IMG/VR virus record: IMGVR_UViG_3300000217_000002
Location: 1-63,560 of that record
Direction: 5' to 3' (one strand)
DNA length: 63,560 nt
DNA from: a virus
Of the stretch, positions 36,418 through 44,794 are shown one piece after another; position 1 is the first letter of the stretch, and each line of letters opens with the position of its first letter. The notes beneath the pieces are model-generated. The model was not told the origin of the DNA. It was given only the letters and a program-made list of their open reading frames with translations, and ran no database searches. Position numbers and translations under genes: made by a program.

Positions 36418-36818
36418 CAGATCAGTTGTCCGTAACGACTTGCACCCAGTGTAATAGGGAGATTGGAACCTCGACAACAAACATAGCTCGACATTTGTTT
36501 GCCAAAGGCTGAAAGGAATTCGGACCGGCCCACGGCGTCATAGTTGAAATCCCAGATGCGCAGGTCGAGCAACCGCGTGCATCGGTATCTCATTCCCGGT
36601 AAGGACAGGGTGACGATCTGAGGAGACGGGGATGAACGGAACAACGCCCGGCCTGTTTTCTTGGAGATCACAGCCTCTCGGTGTTCGACTACGAACAAAT
36701 CATCTGTGCGAATGTGTCGGGACATCAAACCCCAATTTCGTTGCGAAGATTTCTTACTCAATGATCGTATCTTCCGAAACTCGGGCAATACCTTCACCTC
36801 TGAATTTTCTCGACCCAT
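36417..36818 (-). CDS. Hypothetical protein
   Basis: A 133-aa ORF. Confidence 0.45.
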   Translation of the reverse strand: MGRENSEVKVLPEFRKIRSLSKKSSQRNWGLMSRHIRTDDLFVVEHREAVISKKTGRALFRSSPSPQIVTLSLPGMRYRCTRLLDLRIWDFNYDAVGRSEFLSAFGKQMSSYVCCRGSNLPITLGASRYGQLI

Positions 36819-37180
36819 ATCGTCGTTACTCCGTTTTCGGTTTTATGTCTCAGAGCGATGTCCGCCCAATCGGTTTCGGGAAATCTGAGCGCGTACAGCG
36901 CCACCAGACTTTGTGAACTTGTTTCGATCGCTCGAACTGCGAGTTTTTTAGAATCGGCGAACGTCGGGGCCAATTTCATAGAAACAATCGAATCTTGTTG
37001 TGTCGGTTTCTCCTGCTTCTGACGGATCATATACCCGTCTTTCATTATCGGCCTACGGGTCCGGGGGTCCTTGTGCGCCACATCGTGAGCGTACGCGTCC
37101 CGGATCGCTTCGTCTAAGTCGGGGCGCGGTGGGGCCAAAGGAGTCATTCCTTCGACCCGCACCAATTGAAACGATCTCAT
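36794..37180 (-). CDS. Hypothetical protein
   Basis: A 128-aa ORF. Confidence 0.45.
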   Translation of the reverse strand: MRSFQLVRVEGMTPLAPPRPDLDEAIRDAYAHDVAHKDPRTRRPIMKDGYMIRQKQEKPTQQDSIVSMKLAPTFADSKKLAVRAIETSSQSLVALYALRFPETDWADIALRHKTENGVTTIWVEKIQR

Positions 37181-37186
37181 TCCCGA

Positions 37187-38002
37187 TCAGTAGAAACAAC
37201 TATCGTCGTCGTATTTTTCCTTCATACGGCGCTCGACCATACGGCAATACTCTTTTGCCTCGGCCCGGGCGCGCGAAGGGAGTTTCTGCAAGAACCGTGA
37301 AGCGGCTTCATAGTCCATCATATCGCCGGGGGCTGGAACACAACCTGCCGGGCAGTCTTCTGGTTCAACCGGAACGACCATCGCTTCAGCTTCGCGCTCG
37401 GCCAGTTCAGCGGCTTGGCGTTCAAGTTCTTTGCGGCGGCCCTCGTAGATGCCAGACACCAATGTGGCCTGAACGTGTGGCTCAAGATTTTCTTGGACAA
37501 TACGTTGGATTGTTCCACCAGCTTTGCCGGTGAGATCGCCGTGACTGTCAACTTCAAGCAGACGGCACACTGTGTCCAGAAGTTCCGATCGAGTCGCAGC
37601 CTTGTGGGTCTTTTGCTTCGTCCCTTTGGTGTAGGGCTTCCGTTTGGTTTTTGTTTTAGCATCAGACATTGAAATCACTCCTGTTGTGCCTGTTTGAGTT
37701 GGGTAGGAAATTGGTTGCAAACCCCGTGCCATTATTCGGCAGACTTGATCCACCGGCATGCCATAGGCGTATCCGTAGAGCGCTTGCTTGAACATACGTT
37801 CTTTGTACGCCGCAAGACGTTGCACTTCTTTTTGGACCAATTGGTTGCGCAAATTACTGATGTCGCCCAGTACGTCCATGTCTTCTGGCAGCACGGTTTG
37901 CGTGTAGGAATCAACATGCTTGATTTTTATCTTCTTCCCCTCGTACCTTTCGGTGCTCTTGCCCTTCGCGGAACCTGCTTTGATAGTGACTTCGCTCATC
38001 AA
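37187..38002 (-). CDS. Hypothetical protein, first gene of the leftward operon
   Basis: A 271-aa ORF with a Lys-rich centre and an acidic/Cys C-terminus. It lies about 44 nt downstream of the sigma-54-like element. Confidence 0.5.
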   Translation of the reverse strand: MMSEVTIKAGSAKGKSTERYEGKKIKIKHVDSYTQTVLPEDMDVLGDISNLRNQLVQKEVQRLAAYKERMFKQALYGYAYGMPVDQVCRIMARGLQPISYPTQTGTTGVISMSDAKTKTKRKPYTKGTKQKTHKAATRSELLDTVCRLLEVDSHGDLTGKAGGTIQRIVQENLEPHVQATLVSGIYEGRRKELERQAAELAEREAEAMVVPVEPEDCPAGCVPAPGDMMDYEAASRFLQKLPSRARAEAKEYCRMVERRMKEKYDDDSCFY

Positions 38003-38044
38003 ATTCTCTTTCTAAAACACGCTAACGTCGCTCAACGATTCCTA

Positions 38045-38060
38045 TGCAGGAAAAGTGCCA
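38045..38060 (-). promoter_or_regulatory. Sigma-54-type -24/-12 promoter candidate (minus strand TTGGCACttttcCTGCA)
   Basis: The reverse complement of tgcaggaaaagtgcca gives TGGCAC-N5-CTGCA. It sits in the 88-nt spacer between the 38091 and 38002 genes. Confidence 0.4.
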
Positions 38061-38090
38061 ACGTCATGTGAGGATTCGTTCCAACGTCCA

Positions 38091-38774
38091 CTAGGGATTC
38101 GTTTTGAGCAGTCGCGCCGACATGGGGCCAGCAAGATGTTCGACATAGTTCGCATAACACTCTGCGGGATTGAACCTGCATGCTACGGCCTTGGCGTTGA
38201 CGACGAGACGCGTCACGAAGTTGGCCTCCAGCATGGTCACATGGCCTTTGTTGAACGCCAGATCGTGTTCCGCTGGGTGTATGGAACAACCGCGGAGCCG
38301 GATAATAAAATCAATATAGTCCTCGTCATCAAGATAATCTGACAAAGCGTCCAGAGCACCATGCTCGGCGTATCGTTTGCGCCACATGGTTATGGCCGCT
38401 TTGTCAAGACCGAATAGTCTGGCGCTATAGGATAGAGTGTATATGCCTATTTCGATCAGGCTTAGAACCTTCAGTATGAAGATTATTTCTTCTTTGTTCT
38501 TGGTGAACGGGTGCGGCTTTTGTTTGAAGTCTTCAGCCAATAAAGGATTATACTTCTGTAAGAACTTAGTAATATACGGTCGAGACACGCCCTCTTCCTT
38601 GGCCCAATCGCCCATTGACAACCCTCGTAATTGCGCCTGCCTTCCGCGTTTAAGTCGAGCGTTCACGGCATCGGTTCGTCTTTGGTTGCCCAGTTCGCCT
38701 AGCCAAGAACGAGTATTACCGGGGAGATTTTTTGCACATCGAATGTCGTCGGGATGTCGTTTCATATAACTCAT
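38091..38774 (-). CDS. DNA-binding protein with two HTH-like segments (regulator candidate)
   Basis: GLSMGDWAKEEGVSRPYITKFLQKY and YSARLFGLDKAAITMWRKRYAEHG resemble HTH motifs. GAGGA RBS. The iteron array lies directly upstream. Confidence 0.55.
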   Translation of the reverse strand: MSYMKRHPDDIRCAKNLPGNTRSWLGELGNQRRTDAVNARLKRGRQAQLRGLSMGDWAKEEGVSRPYITKFLQKYNPLLAEDFKQKPHPFTKNKEEIIFILKVLSLIEIGIYTLSYSARLFGLDKAAITMWRKRYAEHGALDALSDYLDDEDYIDFIIRLRGCSIHPAEHDLAFNKGHVTMLEANFVTRLVVNAKAVACRFNPAECYANYVEHLAGPMSARLLKTNP

Positions 38775-38798
38775 AAAATATCCTCATAAAATAAATTC

Positions 38799-38881
38799 GG
38801 CTAGGTCGCCAGTGTCCCGGTTCATAACGGGCTAGGTCGCCAGTGTCCCGGTTCATAACGGGCTAGGTCGCCAGTGTCCCG
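38799..38881. repeat. 31-bp direct tandem repeat, about 2.7 copies (iterons or operators)
   Basis: ggctaggtcgccagtgtcccggttcataacg occurs twice perfectly, followed by a 21-nt partial third copy. It lies 25-107 nt upstream of the 38774 start codon in a divergent intergenic region. Confidence 0.9.
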
Positions 38882-39095
38882 CCCGGTCAGGACTCATGCA
38901 AGCTGTGCGCCGTTCAAATTTTGACTTCTCGATGCCTTGATGGGGTTGGTTAATGTTCCCAATTCTTTCTCACTCTAATTTTAAGAAAATTCCTGATACT
39001 TCCATAGTTTGAAAGTTTCTGATTATTTTAACAGCATCTTAAATCTTTGGTCCCAATATTGCCAGTATCGGAACACAACAAAGGATTTATTCGAT

Positions 39096-39512
39096 ATGAC
39101 CATTACAGCAAATACCCGCCTTAGTGCCCTTCAAGGCGTTGACGCAATCACCCTGGTTTCACGCCTCGCCCGCAAGGCTGGCTTTGGCCCCAAAGCGTTC
39201 TTTTCAGCGCGCGACGCATTACAAGCCTTTGCAGACGGTTCACGCTTTGGCGGAATGCGTTTAGATCAATCCGCATACATACTAACATGTTGCGCGACTG
39301 ACACCGCAATAGACCGGGCACGCGTCTTTAATGCCGCCGCTTTCATCTGCAATACAGTGCTTGAACAATACGAATCCCCGGACGTGGTTTTTGCCGCTAT
39401 TCATGCCCGGCTTGAAAAGCTGGCGACTCAGTTGCAGCGGCCCGCGCTGGCAGAACAGACAATGAGAATATTCGAAAGCAAGGTTGCAAATCGACAAACC
39501 GGATTCGCTTAA
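39096..39512 (+). CDS. Hypothetical protein (first rightward island gene)
   Basis: The ATG at 39096 is preceded by AAGGA. The track ORF starts at an upstream TTG. Confidence 0.5.
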   Translation: MTITANTRLSALQGVDAITLVSRLARKAGFGPKAFFSARDALQAFADGSRFGGMRLDQSAYILTCCATDTAIDRARVFNAAAFICNTVLEQYESPDVVFAAIHARLEKLATQLQRPALAEQTMRIFESKVANRQTGFA

Positions 39513-39574
39513 GGAAGTTGTAACCTTTTAGGGGTAGAACTGCATAAACTAGATATAACAAAAGGAATAAAACA
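39508..39574 (+). repeat. Copy 1 of a 67-bp direct repeat (upstream cassette with promoter-like elements and an RBS)
   Basis: cttaaggaagttgtaaccttttaggggtagaactgcataaactagatataacaaaaggaataaaacaa is identical to 39947-40013. It ends at the start codon. Confidence 0.9.
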
Positions 39575-39575
39575 A

Positions 39576-39935
39576 ATGAGTTTCATTATAGAAATTATGG
39601 GGGAAGATGTCTACGCATGCACAAATGACGGCGGCCACATTTCCCCCGACTTCGACGGCTATCAGGACATAGCCGACTGTGTCAGTAGCGGCGATTGCGC
39701 GCCTGCTTGTAACTATGTGAGGGACCACCTGAAACCGTCTTGGCGTTGTGTTGGGAAAAACCCAGACACCGGGAAAGTAGAGAACCGCGCAGCGACAGAC
39801 ACGGACTTAGAAACATGCGCACGCGCCATCTATTTTGAAAGCGAATCCGATTTCACCGACCCGGACATCTGCAAGATGTATTTAATCTGGCAGGTTGCCG
39901 CTGACATCGTAGAAAATTCAGGAAGGACAGACTAA
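39576..39935 (+). CDS. Hypothetical Cys-rich acidic protein
   Basis: A 119-aa ORF preceded by the repeated cassette. Confidence 0.5.
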   Translation: MSFIIEIMGEDVYACTNDGGHISPDFDGYQDIADCVSSGDCAPACNYVRDHLKPSWRCVGKNPDTGKVENRAATDTDLETCARAIYFESESDFTDPDICKMYLIWQVAADIVENSGRTD

Positions 39936-39946
39936 TGAAAATCACA

Positions 39947-40013
39947 CTTAAGGAAGTTGTAACCTTTTAGGGGTAGAACTGCATAAACTAGATATAACAA
40001 AAGGAATAAAACA
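39947..40013 (+). repeat. Copy 2 of the 67-bp direct repeat
   Basis: It is identical to 39508-39574 and ends immediately at the ATG at 40014. Confidence 0.9.
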
Positions 40014-41090
40014 ATGGCTAGAACAGTATTTGAAAACAGCATGGTTGCACACGTATGGGCGCAACAAGATCAAAAGGAAGCCCGGTCTCATAACGGCAAC
40101 TTTTGGTTTTCCGGCGCGGCGATATACTCTTACAACACGGCAATAGGTATATTCTTGAAGCCCTTCTCTTTCAAGGCAATCGACAAGCCCATTGTGTTTA
40201 TAAATAACCAGACTTACAGCGTTACCACTAGCGGAAAGCACATGCCCGCCATATGGCGCGCACTAGGCTATGACAACCGCCTACAGACGTGCGTCATATC
40301 GGGGGAATTAATGCAGGAAATGGCACAATTCCCTTACGTCTTTGAAGGCAAGGGGCACAAGGAAACTTTGTCGCGCTATATCAAAGCTGATTATGCCCGC
40401 CGGTTTGAGTGCGCCCGTGATTTGCTGGTGAAAGCCTCGCGCGCCCGCGGTCGGAAAGAGCAAATTTTGATTGCCGCAAAAAGCCACTTGGATCGGGCAA
40501 AATTTCTTGCCCGAATTTTCAAGGTGCGCCTCTACATTCCCAAAGATTTGAAAACTCTGGATACAACGCAACCCAGTTACTTACTGGAACGCGTCGCCGG
40601 TTTGAGTGGGGTTGTGTTAGCAGACCGCAAAGCCGCGATTGCTAAGCGTGCTCGCGCCGATAAAAAGAGACGTGTCGAGGAACTCGAGCGCAACGCTAAG
40701 CTTATGAAAGACTGGATTGAGGGCATTGGACTCTATCCACCGCGCGGATATGAGCGCACACCAGCGGGCGGCGTATATATGCGCAAGGCTGAGACCAGCG
40801 GCGGCAAGCAAGAACTGCAAACCTCGCAAGGCGCAAGCGTGCCGTGGGGACATGCCGTTCGAGTGTTCAAAGCTCTTAAAGCTATCCGGGCAAGCGGGCA
40901 AGCTTGGCAAGAAAACGGGCGCACGCTCAAAGTGGGGCATTTCACTGTTAACCGCATTGAAGCCAATGGTGACTTTGTGGCGGGGTGCCATACTTTCAAA
41001 TGGGCGGACATAGAGCCCTTTGCTATCGCGCAAGGCGTGTTTGACTTGGAAGCGGACGACTCCGCAATTACACAAAAGGAAATGGCATAA
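40014..41090 (+). CDS. Hypothetical protein (358 aa)
   Basis: The N-terminus VAHVWAQQDQKEARSHNGNFWFSGAAIYSYNTAIG looks like a conserved phage/plasmid family I cannot name. Confidence 0.55.
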   Translation: MARTVFENSMVAHVWAQQDQKEARSHNGNFWFSGAAIYSYNTAIGIFLKPFSFKAIDKPIVFINNQTYSVTTSGKHMPAIWRALGYDNRLQTCVISGELMQEMAQFPYVFEGKGHKETLSRYIKADYARRFECARDLLVKASRARGRKEQILIAAKSHLDRAKFLARIFKVRLYIPKDLKTLDTTQPSYLLERVAGLSGVVLADRKAAIAKRARADKKRRVEELERNAKLMKDWIEGIGLYPPRGYERTPAGGVYMRKAETSGGKQELQTSQGASVPWGHAVRVFKALKAIRASGQAWQENGRTLKVGHFTVNRIEANGDFVAGCHTFKWADIEPFAIAQGVFDLEADDSAITQKEMA

Positions 41091-41926
41091 TGCTTGATCT
41101 ATTGAAAAACAACTATCTCGCTTCGCGTTCACGGGGAAACGCCCCTGCCTTGGCTTTCGAGAACGCCAAAAGGAACACCGAAAGCGGCATAACTCTCTAT
41201 GCCAAGCACGGGAAAGGGTACGGCAACCGTCGCCACGAGGGCGCGGTGTGGATCGAAGACCCGGCGGAAACTGGACTCCGTTTCGTAGCGTACGCAGACG
41301 AGATAAGCCAATGGATTAACCATACGGGATGGTTTACCGTGGATGACGGGCACAATGACGAGAACATGCGCGGCGCGGTGTGGCAAATGTCAAGCGTCAA
41401 CGGTTGTCCGCGTTTCTTGGCTGGCTATGTTAACCCTCACAACGGCGCGCGCGCCGCCAGAATATTAGTGGATACCGTTTACACAAGCAAAAGCGTCAAG
41501 GTGGACGAATACACCGAACCGAAAGACACGGAGTCAGCCTTGGAAGCCGCGCGGGCGGCGGACGGATTCGCGGAAACGAGCGCGGAGTCAGAAAGGGAAT
41601 ACAATCGCGCATGGCAGGCGGGCTCGCAATACGCGGAAACCAGCCGGGAACGCACACAAGCCTATGAAGAGTCGCGCGCGGCGGTTTTGTCCATTCGTCG
41701 CCTTTTGGCTGAACTCAAACACACCGGGTCGCATGGCCCGCAACACGTTCAAATTGCAGGTGAGGCTTTGCAGCACCGATATGCGAAAGTCATGTTGTGC
41801 CGGGAAACCGCGACTCGGTTATCTGCCCAAATGCGGAAACTGGAGAACGGGGACCACGGTCTTTACTTTTTCTATAAAGGGAACGCGAATCTAGTCGCGG
41901 CGTTCAATGACGGAGCGGGCACATGA
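41090..41926 (+). CDS. Hypothetical protein (278 aa)
   Basis: TAATG coupling. No motif recognised. Confidence 0.55.
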   Translation: MLDLLKNNYLASRSRGNAPALAFENAKRNTESGITLYAKHGKGYGNRRHEGAVWIEDPAETGLRFVAYADEISQWINHTGWFTVDDGHNDENMRGAVWQMSSVNGCPRFLAGYVNPHNGARAARILVDTVYTSKSVKVDEYTEPKDTESALEAARAADGFAETSAESEREYNRAWQAGSQYAETSRERTQAYEESRAAVLSIRRLLAELKHTGSHGPQHVQIAGEALQHRYAKVMLCRETATRLSAQMRKLENGDHGLYFFYKGNANLVAAFNDGAGT

Positions 41927-42156
41927 ACAAACCTAAAGACATGTCGGATTCCGATTGGGCAACCGTGCAGGCTGTTCTAGCGACTAAGGCGATATGCCTG
42001 CTATTGTCCGCCGCGTTCGCCATATACGGGCTAATAGAAGCCATACAAGGCAACCCCGGCGCGCTGGTGATTGGATTGTTATTTGCCTATCTGTTCGCGT
42101 CATACACGCCGCTATTGCCTGAAGAATTGGCGGTCAAAATGAGTGAGGAATCATGA
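41923..42156 (+). CDS. Small membrane protein (2 TM)
   Basis: ICLLLSAAFAIYGLI and ALVIGLLFAYLFASY are the hydrophobic segments. Confidence 0.5.
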   Translation: MNKPKDMSDSDWATVQAVLATKAICLLLSAAFAIYGLIEAIQGNPGALVIGLLFAYLFASYTPLLPEELAVKMSEES

Positions 42157-42290
42157 ACGAGTCATATGAGTATATGCTAAACCTGATTGGGTATATCATG
42201 GGGCACGGCCTCACTGCTGAGCAGTGTGCGCGCGTCTTGATCGAATTGGAAGAAAAATGCGGTTCGGCTGAAATTATCTTTCTGGCTTAA
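42153..42290 (+). CDS. Small ORF (45 aa), below the ORF-track cutoff
   Basis: ATGA overlap with the upstream stop. Translated by hand: MNESYEYMLNLIGYIMGHGLTAEQCARVLIELEEKCGSAEIIFLA. Confidence 0.3.
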   Translation: MNESYEYMLNLIGYIMGHGLTAEQCARVLIELEEKCGSAEIIFLA

Positions 42291-42351
42291 CTTGATGTTA
42301 GGAATTGTGCGGTAATCTCTTTGTATAGAAACAAACAAGAGGAAAAACACA

Positions 42352-42465
42352 ATGCAAAAACTAGCTATCAGCCTTATGTCAATCGCCGCCGCTGCTTTGG
42401 TAGTTGCACCGTTCTTTAACATGGCCGCCGAGGCCGCCACAACACTGACAGGAGTCATGGGATAA
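42352..42465 (+). CDS. Small ORF (37 aa): a signal-peptide-like prepeptide
   Basis: A GAGGAA RBS lies 8 nt upstream. Translated by hand: MQKLAISLMSIAAAALVVAPFFNMAAEAATTLTGVMG. Its stop overlaps the next start (TAATG). Confidence 0.3.
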   Translation: MQKLAISLMSIAAAALVVAPFFNMAAEAATTLTGVMG

Positions 42466-42785
42466 TGAGCAAGCCAGAACGGTCATTTTCGGTTTACCAT
42501 TACGGCGCACCGGATCAAGAAACGTGTGACGCTGAATTGATTGACTCCTTCACGGGCATGAACTTGCGCGAAGCCATAGAGTTCGCACACGGCCAAGGTG
42601 AACACGGCTTTGATAGCGTCTATGCCGTAGAGGCTTCAAGCTGGCCAGAACAGCGAGGCTCTTGGTTCACGGTATTCTATTCTAGCGGTGAAACCGTGCA
42701 AGTGATCCCGCTAGAAAACCTGCCAAGCCCGTCTAGCGCCCGGTTAGTTTGTAAGGCCATTTCCGGCTATTGGGGGCAATCGTAA
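42465..42785 (+). CDS. Hypothetical protein
   Basis: A 106-aa ORF. Confidence 0.5.
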   Translation: MSKPERSFSVYHYGAPDQETCDAELIDSFTGMNLREAIEFAHGQGEHGFDSVYAVEASSWPEQRGSWFTVFYSSGETVQVIPLENLPSPSSARLVCKAISGYWGQS

Positions 42786-42880
42786 TGCTTGGTTTTATCG
42801 GTTTAGTCATGGGCGGGGCATGGTGCTATTTGGTGCTTTACATCGCATTCGGTTGCATCATGCAAAAAGTGAAACAATAG
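42785..42880 (+). CDS. Small single-TM peptide (31 aa)
   Basis: TAATG coupling. Translated by hand: MLGFIGLVMGGAWCYLVLYIAFGCIMQKVKQ. Confidence 0.3.
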   Translation: MLGFIGLVMGGAWCYLVLYIAFGCIMQKVKQ

Positions 42881-42894
42881 AGAGGAATAAGAAA

Positions 42895-43062
42895 ATGGAC
42901 GACTCAAAATTGAATGAAGGTGACGGGCTTGTCGATGCAATCCAATTGCTGCAATTCCTTGAACGCAACATCGGCGACGCTGATTTGCCGCCGGGCACGG
43001 TCTTTGCATTGAATGCCTTGCTAGATCACATGGAATCAACACAAACACGGGAGTCCGAATAA
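42895..43062 (+). CDS. Hypothetical small acidic protein
   Basis: The ATG at 42895 is preceded by AGAGGAA (the track ORF starts upstream at 42820). Confidence 0.4.
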   Translation: MDDSKLNEGDGLVDAIQLLQFLERNIGDADLPPGTVFALNALLDHMESTQTRESE

Positions 43063-43280
43063 TGAGCCTGACTTTGCCTTACGGCCTAACCGATGACCTG
43101 CTTTTCACACACGGCTATGAGTTCCATTCATGGGATGACGAGTCACAAGTCACATTGAAAACAGATGACGGGAATTATGAGTTTTTCGAATATCGCCCAA
43201 ACGGCTATTCGGGATGGTGTGTTGTTTGCCCGGATGGCGGCGCTTTGGAATTTTGCGCCAGTGGCCCGGTGCCCAGATAG
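43062..43280 (+). CDS. Hypothetical protein
   Basis: A 72-aa ORF with TAATG coupling. Confidence 0.45.
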   Translation: MSLTLPYGLTDDLLFTHGYEFHSWDDESQVTLKTDDGNYEFFEYRPNGYSGWCVVCPDGGALEFCASGPVPR

Positions 43281-43381
43281 GAGCCAGATGATGAAAGTTA
43301 AGTTTAACCCGGTTATCATGCCGGTTCGCGATTTGATCGAATGCGCGCTATCATAGAGCGCTTGCTTGACGGGGTAGAAAC

Positions 43382-43585
43382 ATGATTAGCAACGGCAAGG
43401 GCTCATTTGAGTTTAGCATTGAATGCGTGCGCTACACTGCAACCGTTGACCGGCACAAGGTGACGCGAGTCATGGTGACGGGGAATAGTGCCAGCGCTGG
43501 CGCGTGGGTAGGGCACACGGCACAAGTGAATAGCCCGGCTTGGAATGAGGCGGTTAACTTGCTGGCGCTCATGGGCGACGCTTAA
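43382..43585 (+). CDS. Hypothetical protein
   Basis: A 67-aa ORF followed by a terminator. Confidence 0.45.
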   Translation: MISNGKGSFEFSIECVRYTATVDRHKVTRVMVTGNSASAGAWVGHTAQVNSPAWNEAVNLLALMGDA

Positions 43586-43632
43586 AACGTATCCCGGCGC
43601 GGCGGGTCATCCGCGTGTTTCCTCTTGAACTG

Positions 43633-43668
43633 GCCCGGCGTAATTTATTTTGCGCCGGGCGTTTTTTG
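43633..43668 (+). terminator. Rho-independent terminator
   Basis: gcccggcg - 12-nt loop - cgccgggc, followed by gttttttg. Confidence 0.7.
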
Positions 43669-43728
43669 TTTACCGCATATTAAGGTTTTGCCGGTAAAGT
43701 GGTTTCATAGATAAGAGGAAAGAACACA

Positions 43729-43983
43729 ATGACATATCAAGAAGCTATCAATTTCATGCGCAAGTCCGGTACTAAAGTAGCAGTTGCCATGGGGTGCGAA
43801 GGGTTTTACGTCTACATACAGAAAAGCGATTTGATCGCCCAGCTATCGAAGCTGGATAAAGAGAGCCCGCGCGGAACGTCGATTATATTTCACGATTATG
43901 AAGGGGTGCCCTTAAGCAATCATCCTTACACCGATGATAACGTATTGTTTTTCGACTCGTCAGTGGTCGTGCCTATGCACTAA
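43729..43983 (+). CDS. Hypothetical protein
   Basis: An 84-aa ORF with an AGAGGAAAG RBS. It is the last ORF before the 1.1-kb ORF-poor region. Confidence 0.5.
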   Translation: MTYQEAINFMRKSGTKVAVAMGCEGFYVYIQKSDLIAQLSKLDKESPRGTSIIFHDYEGVPLSNHPYTDDNVLFFDSSVVVPMH

Positions 43984-44442
43984 ACAGAACACCGCGCCCG
44001 CCGGTATAGCGGGCAAACTCCACATGCACACTAGCCAGCGGGTTTTTCTTTGCGTCGAATACTGGCCGCAATGCCCGCATATGGTGCGGGGTTTAATGCG
44101 TGCTTTGTCATGCACTAAGTGCCCGTATGAGGGTTATTGTATGACATTCCACGCATTAACCGGCACCCTGATAGCACTAGCCCATATATGCCCGTACGGG
44201 CATGTTAGCAAAACTAAAGTCTGCCTTTAGATATACCAGGCTATGGGTGTGCCATGTGCCCGGTGTGGTGCGTATAGCTAGGCCATGTGCGCGTGTGCGT
44301 ATATGGTGCACCGGGCTGTACCGTGTGAGGTACATGCACCACAGTAACACACGTCATAGGGGTGTACTGTTTAATCGTATCACATGAGATTGTTAACATT
44401 CAACAGCCTGTTGTTAAACAGTGTGTTGTTTAACGGTTCGTT

Positions 44443-44531
44443 AAGTATGTCGCTGCGGGTCCCCCGTGGGCCGATTCGTTTCGCCGGGGGGTGCGCGGAG
44501 CCCCGGTAACACGCTCTCGGACATACTTTTT
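44443..44531 (+). ncRNA. Candidate structured small RNA or terminator-like element
   Basis: A 9-bp closing stem (aagtatgtc at 44443-51 / gacatactt at 44520-28) encloses GC-rich hairpins (ccccc...ggggg; gagc...gctc) and is followed by a T-run. I found no convincing ORF here. Confidence 0.25.
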
Positions 44532-44794
44532 GAAATCAATCTTATGGGTATTTTCCGATCACCCTGACACAGTACGTTGTTTTTTAAGGCTAAACCGCCT
44601 GTTTCTGGACGACGGGCGCATGAACCGCTATGAATTTTATTGTTAGTTTTTCTAAACCATCTTATAGCAGAGCTATTCAATCGGCTGTACGGGCCGGTGA
44701 AATAGGGGTGGGTCAACAGTGGCCATCTAAACGGCTGGTTGACCCAGCTTGTAACCCCTTAATTCTATTAAAGAAAAAGCCAAAAAAGGCCCTT

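Noticed and set aside
38799-38881. The 31-bp repeats as a CRISPR array
   Set aside because: The copies are directly adjacent with no spacers, there are only 2.7 copies, and I saw no cas genes anywhere in the genome.
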